Translations under genes and position numbers: made by a program
The notes under the pieces: generated by a model
Told to the model about the DNA's origin: nothing
What the model saw: only the letters and a program-made list of their open reading frames with translations
Databases searched by the model: none
Origin: Alphaproteobacteria bacterium
GTDB lineage: Bacteria; Pseudomonadota; Alphaproteobacteria; UBA828
DNA: 64,000 nucleotides
Reading direction: 5' to 3'
Assembly (NCBI GenBank): GCA_965237415.1
Contig: CBDEFM010000002.1
Location: forward strand, 736,001 to 800,000
In this document: positions 58,056 to 64,000 of the stretch, piece by piece
Layout of the letters: each line of letters opens with the position of its first letter
Numbering within the stretch: the first letter of the stretch is position 1

Positions 58056-60899
58056 TCACTTCTCCGAGTTCAAGCCGTCGTTGATCGAGTCCGGCCCCGT
58101 CCATTCTGGGTCGTCGCTGGCAGCCAAGAGATAGTCCGAACCCGCGCCCAAGGAATACACACCCAGAACGTATTCGCCGGGCGGGAGCTCCTCCTCCAGC
58201 CACTCATCGCTAGCCCCGCTGTTGATTGAACTCGCGAGCTCTCCGCTCTTCCCCACAATCTTCAGGTCCACGTCTGCGCTCAAACCGCTCAACGATGCCT
58301 TCACCGTCGTGGTTTCGTGGATATCGAACCAAACGGACTGCTCTTCGCCCTCGCCGACCCGTCCTTCAACCTCGAACGGCAGGGGAAGGAGTTCCGGCGT
58401 GCGCCTTCCCACGTCCAGGCCATAGCCGGAACCTTCCGGTCCGACAATCTCAAGCGCGTACTGGCCCTGCCAGAGATGCACCTTGATCTCCTCGTCTGCG
58501 TCGTCAATGTTCCTTGAGGATCCGACTTCCGCGGACTCCGCGTCCAAAAGCCGGATGTCCAGGTCCTCTGACAGCCCGGTCAAGCCGATCGTGACGACCT
58601 CGACGCCGGGCACGGCCAGAATCTCGAAGCTTTTGTCGCCCGCACCGACTTGACCGTTCTTGCTGACTACCTGCTGGGTAATGGGCATCGGCACCCGGCT
58701 GTTCAGTTCAAGCCTGAACTCCGAATGACCCTCATCAATGGCCTCAATGGCGAGTTCATACAATCCCGGCCAAAGCAGCACGTCTATCTGCTCGTCATTG
58801 TTCGAAGCATTGATGGAGCTGCCGATCTCTTTACCTTGGGAGTCCGTCAGACGAACGTCCACGTCTATCTCGAGTTCGGACAGCGATACGGACACGTGCG
58901 TTGCCATCGACACAGCCAGCCCCGCATAAAGGGGGATTCCGTGCTTGATCGTACCCTTTCGATCGGCCTCTCGCGACAGTTCCGCGTAGTCGCCTCCGAA
59001 CTCTCTCTCGTCGAATGCGATTTCCTGGACGTCCACCCCGAGGCGGAATTCGCCCACGCGCAACTGCGGCCCCGGCTCGGCCGCGACGAGCTTCTCCTTC
59101 AACCGGGATTCGACCGCGCGCAGCCGCGGTGCACGCGTCCTGATGATATAGGTTCCCTTTGCGAAGCGCACTTCCGTCTCGTCGGCGGCATGCCAGTACA
59201 CCTGCGAGCCGCGGTTCGCATCGACTTCTGCCACCTCGAAAACGGCATCGCCCCCCTCGCTCATCGACCTGAGCGAGAAAGAATGCGGACAGGACAATTC
59301 AATGCTGTCTGGGCCAAAAAACGATAATTGGCCGTCGTCCGCGCACTCCATCTTTGCCTCTGCGAGCCGTGCCGTTTCGTCCAACTCGTCGTCGCTCCAC
59401 AAGAGCTGGGTGTCGACTATCACGCCGCGCCCCCGTTCGAGGTCGCCTAGCTCCCAGATCCCCGCCGAACTGCCACTCCAGCCCCACACGGGCAGAGGGG
59501 AAGCGTTGTTCGTGCTCTTGCTCGTGCTGTTTTCCACTACGTAGATCGTGCTGCCGTCTTCGCGACCAAGAACCCGCACGGTCCCCACTGTCTGGTCACT
59601 CGTCAGCGGATGCGACAACGTGCCGTAATAGCTTGCGGTGCGGCCGCTGCACAACTCGCCCTTCGCGTACGGCTTGAATGCCCAGACTCGACCATCTCTC
59701 AGCGTGCTGTCCGGGTAGACGAAGATCAGCACTCTTCCCTTGTTCTCCAGGAGCACCGCTTCGCACTTCGCCTTGCGTAGCTCCTTTCTTTCCGTGCCAC
59801 TGCCGCCGAATTCGCAATCGCCTTTCTCATTGCAATAGCCCGGTGCGACGCCGCGTTCGATCATCGCTGATATCGCCGCGTCGCTGACATGCTCTTCCAC
59901 TGCCGTAGACGAAACGTAGTGATAGACGTCCGTCGCGAATCTCCACGGAAGGCGTTCCTGATTCGTTGCAGTGGTCCCATCCCCGGTGAGGGTGAGACTC
60001 TCCGCCGAGCGGTGAAAGAACAGGCCAAGGGACAGATACGGATCGGCGCCAAGTTGGAGCATTTCCACCGCTGTGCGGCGATCCGTTTGCAGGGCATGGC
60101 CCAGCAGGTCCATGCGTGGACCGCGGTCGCTCGTGGCGCGCACTTCCTCACCTTCGGCGTCCCTGCCATCGCCGATTAGCAGATTGAACACGCTGGTAGT
60201 CTGCGCTCCGTCGTCGCTTTGTTCGTTCTTCATGTTATCTTCATTAGCCAAGTGTCCCAGTATCTCGTGTCTGGTCTCCTCGTCCAGTGCGAAGAGCGAG
60301 TCAATCACCCGCCTGTCCGGCACCGTCTCTGCCCTCTCGTCGAACAGATTCACCGCGAGCGACGGAGGAAACCCGGCCTTGAGGAACAATTCCACACCGT
60401 TCGTGTTGCCCACCTCGAGCGCTGTCTTGAAGTACTGCCGGGTCAGAAACATCCCTCGGTCATTCAACATTTGTTGCGCGATTTGCTGCCTGTCCGGCGC
60501 GGGCCAGGACAGCGATCCCACGAGCAGCGCCGCGCTCGCGATCATGAGCAGGAACGCGTCCAAAGCGCGTACTTTGACAATTTCGGCTACGGCAGCATGC
60601 AGATTGCGGATCCATTCGTGCCTCGATTCATGCCAACGAAAATGTGCCAGGAACCCAACGAGAAACAGCACCAGCGAAAGCGCAGCATAGACGACCATGA
60701 TCCACTTTACCCAGGGCGTAAAGGGAGGATGAAAAACTACCGTGGAACCGACCACCGTCGCGACGCCGGCCGTCACTACGGCGAACTCTCTGAAGCTGAT
60801 GTGTACCTGTTGGAGACCTCGTCCGGCTCGCGCGAACCATCGGGCCACGCGTCTCGGTCGACCGGTCGTAGACAGTTCTCTAGACTGCGATTCGGCCAT
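58056..60899 (-). CDS. Membrane-anchored protein with ankyrin-like segments and 3 C-terminal PPC-like domains
   Basis: 3 N-terminal TMs; ALEVGNTNGVELFLKAG and MLQLGADP; three repeats of L(S/T)GLSxDxDxxLxD...SSxN...DExI...PGxY. Confidence 0.7.
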   Translation of the reverse strand: MAESQSRELSTTGRPRRVARWFARAGRGLQQVHISFREFAVVTAGVATVVGSTVVFHPPFTPWVKWIMVVYAALSLVLFLVGFLAHFRWHESRHEWIRNLHAAVAEIVKVRALDAFLLMIASAALLVGSLSWPAPDRQQIAQQMLNDRGMFLTRQYFKTALEVGNTNGVELFLKAGFPPSLAVNLFDERAETVPDRRVIDSLFALDEETRHEILGHLANEDNMKNEQSDDGAQTTSVFNLLIGDGRDAEGEEVRATSDRGPRMDLLGHALQTDRRTAVEMLQLGADPYLSLGLFFHRSAESLTLTGDGTTATNQERLPWRFATDVYHYVSSTAVEEHVSDAAISAMIERGVAPGYCNEKGDCEFGGSGTERKELRKAKCEAVLLENKGRVLIFVYPDSTLRDGRVWAFKPYAKGELCSGRTASYYGTLSHPLTSDQTVGTVRVLGREDGSTIYVVENSTSKSTNNASPLPVWGWSGSSAGIWELGDLERGRGVIVDTQLLWSDDELDETARLAEAKMECADDGQLSFFGPDSIELSCPHSFSLRSMSEGGDAVFEVAEVDANRGSQVYWHAADETEVRFAKGTYIIRTRAPRLRAVESRLKEKLVAAEPGPQLRVGEFRLGVDVQEIAFDEREFGGDYAELSREADRKGTIKHGIPLYAGLAVSMATHVSVSLSELEIDVDVRLTDSQGKEIGSSINASNNDEQIDVLLWPGLYELAIEAIDEGHSEFRLELNSRVPMPITQQVVSKNGQVGAGDKSFEILAVPGVEVVTIGLTGLSEDLDIRLLDAESAEVGSSRNIDDADEEIKVHLWQGQYALEIVGPEGSGYGLDVGRRTPELLPLPFEVEGRVGEGEEQSVWFDIHETTTVKASLSGLSADVDLKIVGKSGELASSINSGASDEWLEEELPPGEYVLGVYSLGAGSDYLLAASDDPEWTGPDSINDGLNSEK

Positions 60900-61004
60900 G
60901 CAAGCCCTCCCGAACGGCCGGCTTCCCGGTCACGGTTATCTCACTGCGGCCCACGGCCAACCTAGCGCTGTCCGTGCCTCTCATTTCGTGCTGAACTTGC
61001 CTTG

Positions 61005-61165
61005 GGGCGAAGGTGGCAAGTACGCGCAGCTTGATGTCGGAGAACAGCACTTGTACGGGCAGCTCGGGTACCTCGCGCCCGAGGCGGACCATCAAATTGG
61101 ATGCGCCAGGCGATGACCATCTTGATGGCGATCGCGCGTTCGAGGCGCTCGTCACTGTTTATGCA
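61005..61165 (-). pseudogene. IS4-family transposase fragment
   Basis: ERLERAIAIKMVIAWRIQ / LMVRLGREVPELPVQVLFSDIKLRVLATF with one frameshift. Confidence 0.65.
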
Positions 61166-61244
61166 TCGAACCTATCACCGTCCGGTCTCGCAGGCGACCC
61201 AAGCTTGGCTCCCGAGATATTCGTAGGTTGCCACTATCTCCTGC

Positions 61245-61492
61245 ACAGCGGCGTCGGTTGCGAGGAGCTGCGTGCCGCAACGCAGCACACGTGCCCGCGT
61301 CTTCACGTCTTCGGGCACATTCACCATGGCCATGGGTGGCGGCGCATCGGGAGAACACTTCACGTCAACACCTCCAATTGCGCCAGCCGCCACGAGCCCC
61401 TCAACCCGGTAGTGGTCGTCCACCTTCCCGCTGAAGGCGATGCCGTCGTCGCAACCCGAGGTACCGTAGCGGAATTCCAACTCGAGGCTTGA
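61245..61492 (+). pseudogene. C-terminal fragment of a metallophosphoesterase
   Basis: VGCEEL...PRLHVFGHIH.G.G...VNTSNC...P.NP. Confidence 0.65.
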
Positions 61493-62096
61493 CTTCCGCC
61501 GCCTCACAGGAAGCCTGCGGCGCCTGAATTGCCGCGATCGACGAGGCGGGATGGACGGACGCACCCGTCGCCGGCTGCTCACGAGCGTTCTCCTTGCACG
61601 CCAATCCACGGTCTCCTGCTCCTGAAGCGCGGGATCGCCGCCGGGATTGAGTCCCGGGATGCAGTGCCCGCCCGGCTCCGGGAACGCGGTGCGGCCGGAA
61701 TAGAATAGCCTCTGACTTGTCCCCGAGCTCTCGTGGGATGGCCCTGGCAAGGTGTACGATCGCCCAGCGTCTCCCCGGCGCCAACTTTGGCGTCGGCGTG
61801 CTCCCGATTTCTCCTCCATTTGTTTGGAAAGCTCTTCGCCGATGGGTGTTATTCTGCCGGCGGGTTGGCCGTCCCGTGGTCCGCGTCACGCGGATTGAGG
61901 GAGGTGCGCGGCGGTTGACTTTGCTGAAGTGCCTTTCGCATGTCGGCAGGAGAGAACCGCGCCATGAAATCCACCAGCAACAATGGAATCGAGCCGCCAC
62001 CGTCGGAGGGCGAGGATCGGAGTCTTCAGTTCGGTTCGCCAAGGGAGGGACCGGATCCGGCAGAAGACAAGCAGAAGCCGCGCCGTTCGGCCGCGA

Positions 62097-62407
62097 GTGC
62101 CGCTAGTACGGATCGAATGGCTGGATAGCACACTCAGCCTGTTTCGTCCTGGAAACTACTGACCGACTACCGGAATGGTTTACTCCGGCCCCACAAGCGT
62201 GTCTCGGTTGGATGGATGATCCGGGATGACGACGAGGTGAAAGTGCTGGTGGCGAACTTCGGGGGAGTCGAGAACGAATTCGACCCAGACCGCACCCTAC
62301 AAGCCTGTGGAGTCATCCAAATACCAACGTGCTGCGTTGTCCGCATCTCTGCGCTGAACGAGCGTGAAGACAGGCAACTGTTTCCACGCTCGCACAACGA
62401 GGACTAG
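62097..62407 (+). pseudogene. Small hypothetical protein, frameshifted
   Basis: PLVRIEWLDS, then a frame change at an AC duplication (~62129-32), then TQPVSSW...SVGWMIRDD...QACGVIQIPTCCV. Confidence 0.55.
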
Positions 62408-62688
62408 TTCTGCCCGGGCGTTTCGTCCTGGGAAAGAAGGGAAGCAGCCATGCTCCGAAGATCCTCACCCGAGGGGAGGCTCTGCAAGATTTTCGAGGCC
62501 AGAGACGACATCTCCGAACTCGTTTCCTTCTTGCCGCCTTCAGATGCTGCCCCACCTTGACCAGGCGTCTCGTCCTGCGACAGCAACGACCCGGCCATGC
62601 TGCGGACCTCTCCGATCGTGGGGTCATACCCACCCATCACGCGGCCGGCGAGAGACGAAATCTCGGGCGACGTTTCCTTTTTAGCCAT
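62404..62688 (-). CDS. 94-aa protein made of two ~45-aa repeats
   Basis: KKETSxExSSLAxxx...RSMAxSLLSQDETPGQ twice; GGAGAG SD before ATG 62688. Confidence 0.7.
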   Translation of the reverse strand: MAKKETSPEISSLAGRVMGGYDPTIGEVRSMAGSLLSQDETPGQGGAASEGGKKETSSEMSSLASKILQSLPSGEDLRSMAASLLSQDETPGQN

Positions 62689-63014
62689 GACGCTCTCCGT
62701 CGTTGGCGCGAGCGCTTGCAATGTCCGGAGAAAAGGCCGCAAAATAGCTGTCTCCGCGCGCTGGTGTGCAAGCGACTTGCGCGGTGATCCCGCCCTACCC
62801 GGCGGGAGGAGCCCCGCCATTGGCGGGGCTCCACCTATATGGTCGGTGCTCTGTCGGATGTCAATAGTCGCGCTATATCCATGGTGAATCAAGCATTTAC
62901 CGGCACACTGAGGATGCCAACGCCGCGAGGTCTACGGGTGGGTAGACACGTTCGGGCTATTCGAATCGGAGTGCTGGTGGGAGTAGGGCCCACATGCTCG
63001 TGTGGCTGCGAACC

Positions 63015-63734
63015 CTACTTGTCTCCATCACCGCTGGTGTCGGGAGCGACGGGTGGAGCGGTAGCAGCAGGGGCCGCTGAATCAGGAGAAGGAGGAGATG
63101 GTACAGAGCGATTGGCCAATGGGTCTGGAGTTGATTCTGGCGGTTGCTCTTCCTGTTGGAGTGGTGCTTTTGGTTCGCTTCCTGAGGTAGGCTTTTCCGA
63201 AGCAGGCGTCTCGTCCTTTTTCGTCGCTCCGCGATCAGCGAACCAGTAAGTCACGATCGTCGTGGCGACTGCCAAAGTTGCCAGATAAATATCTTCCTGC
63301 TTATCCATGAAAGTCCGCTCACCGATGCCTTGTTCCTGCTCGTGTCTAAGTCCGACGAGGTCACAACGACGTAGGCGGGAGTTGCACGGTGCGGACTCGG
63401 ATATGGCACAGCGACTGGAAACCGCGATGGCTCATACGTTGCGTCTCGGCAGCCTTGCTGAGCTTCACGGATAAGCAGGAATATCTTTGGCTTCCTGGAA
63501 CATAGCCGAGGTTGTGGTGGTCGCGCCGTTAGGCAGTTTCAACTCTGTCTGTCCATCGAACAAAGCCGCGGTGATTAGCAAGAGTCCGCCGGAGACTATG
63601 TATAGTCCTGCGCCGTAGGTCACTACAACGCGCACCATGCTTCTCCGCCCCTTGATCTGAGCGTCCATCGTCTTGACCGGCCTCTGGTCTTCGCCAAAAC
63701 GGCCAACGAATACTCGCCATAACCATCCAAGCAT
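63015..63734 (-). pseudogene. Membrane protein gene split by MITE family A
   Basis: Removing 192 bp (MITE plus one TSD) restores a 175-aa frame: ...FQEAKDI|YLATLAVATTIVTYWFADRG...; 2 TMs and a Pro-rich tail. Confidence 0.8.
63296..63479. mobile_element. 184-bp MITE, family A, copy 2
   Basis: Matches 23740-23923 except T>C at 63468 in the right TIR; 8-bp TSD AATATCTT (63288-95 and 63480-87). Confidence 0.95.
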
Positions 63735-64000
63735 GATTCTCTCCCTCCGTGTCCTGGATTAGTCGTCGGTCTCGGTCACCTTGGCGGTGGCGTTTTTCTT
63801 GACCAACGAAATCCCGTGGAGACAGTCGACCTTAGCGTGAGCTGCTCGTGTAGCACGTCGTGAGCAGAGGTCACAAGAATAAATTGCGTCTACGGCCAGT
63901 CATAGCGTTTTTGGTAGCGTCACATATCAAGATGTGGTGTTGACTACGCGATTCTGTCTGCTCTGCTTTGAAAACTCCATGCCTCTCCCCGCTATATCCC

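Noticed and set aside
61500-62090. Several overlapping 130-214 aa ORFs
   Set aside because: No recognisable motifs or consistent coding signal; probably degraded DNA

Overview
GC-rich (visually ~65-70%) alphaproteobacterial chromosomal DNA, Rhodospirillales-like by gene order: F0-only atpIBEF'F operon, smc-dsbA-dciA/mutY, and carD-fdxA-hslR-helicase/htpG. The mix of TPR/Sel1/ankyrin/PPC proteins, quaternary-amine catabolism and TA modules suggests a host-associated marine lineage such as a sponge symbiont (inference only). Core genes alternate with catabolic clusters: a split FluG-like GS/amidohydrolase set; a Rieske oxygenase plus BBOX-like dioxygenase facing an ETF module; and a cupin/FHMPC-dehydrogenase/LVIVD/hydantoinase/ABC cluster. 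There are two convergent tRNAs and a SAM-II riboswitch before metZ. A decayed, lower-GC accessory region runs from ~57.3 kb to the end. Main non-obvious signals: (1) two near-identical copies of a 184-bp MITE (16-bp TIR, 8-bp TSD), each splitting a gene, whose TIR supplies an in-frame stop on entry and an in-frame ATG on exit; (2) a second, CTAG-flanked MITE family whose degenerate ends bracket a ~1.1-kb cassette carrying a MazE/MazF-like TA pair and a phased 7x10-bp array; (3) an EtfB domain fused to a membrane Fe-S (CCG) oxidoreductase; (4) MutY in one frame with a TPR-2OG-Fe(II) oxygenase; (5) a possible variant vitamin-B6/pyridine catabolic cluster. All family assignments come from motif recognition, not database searches.
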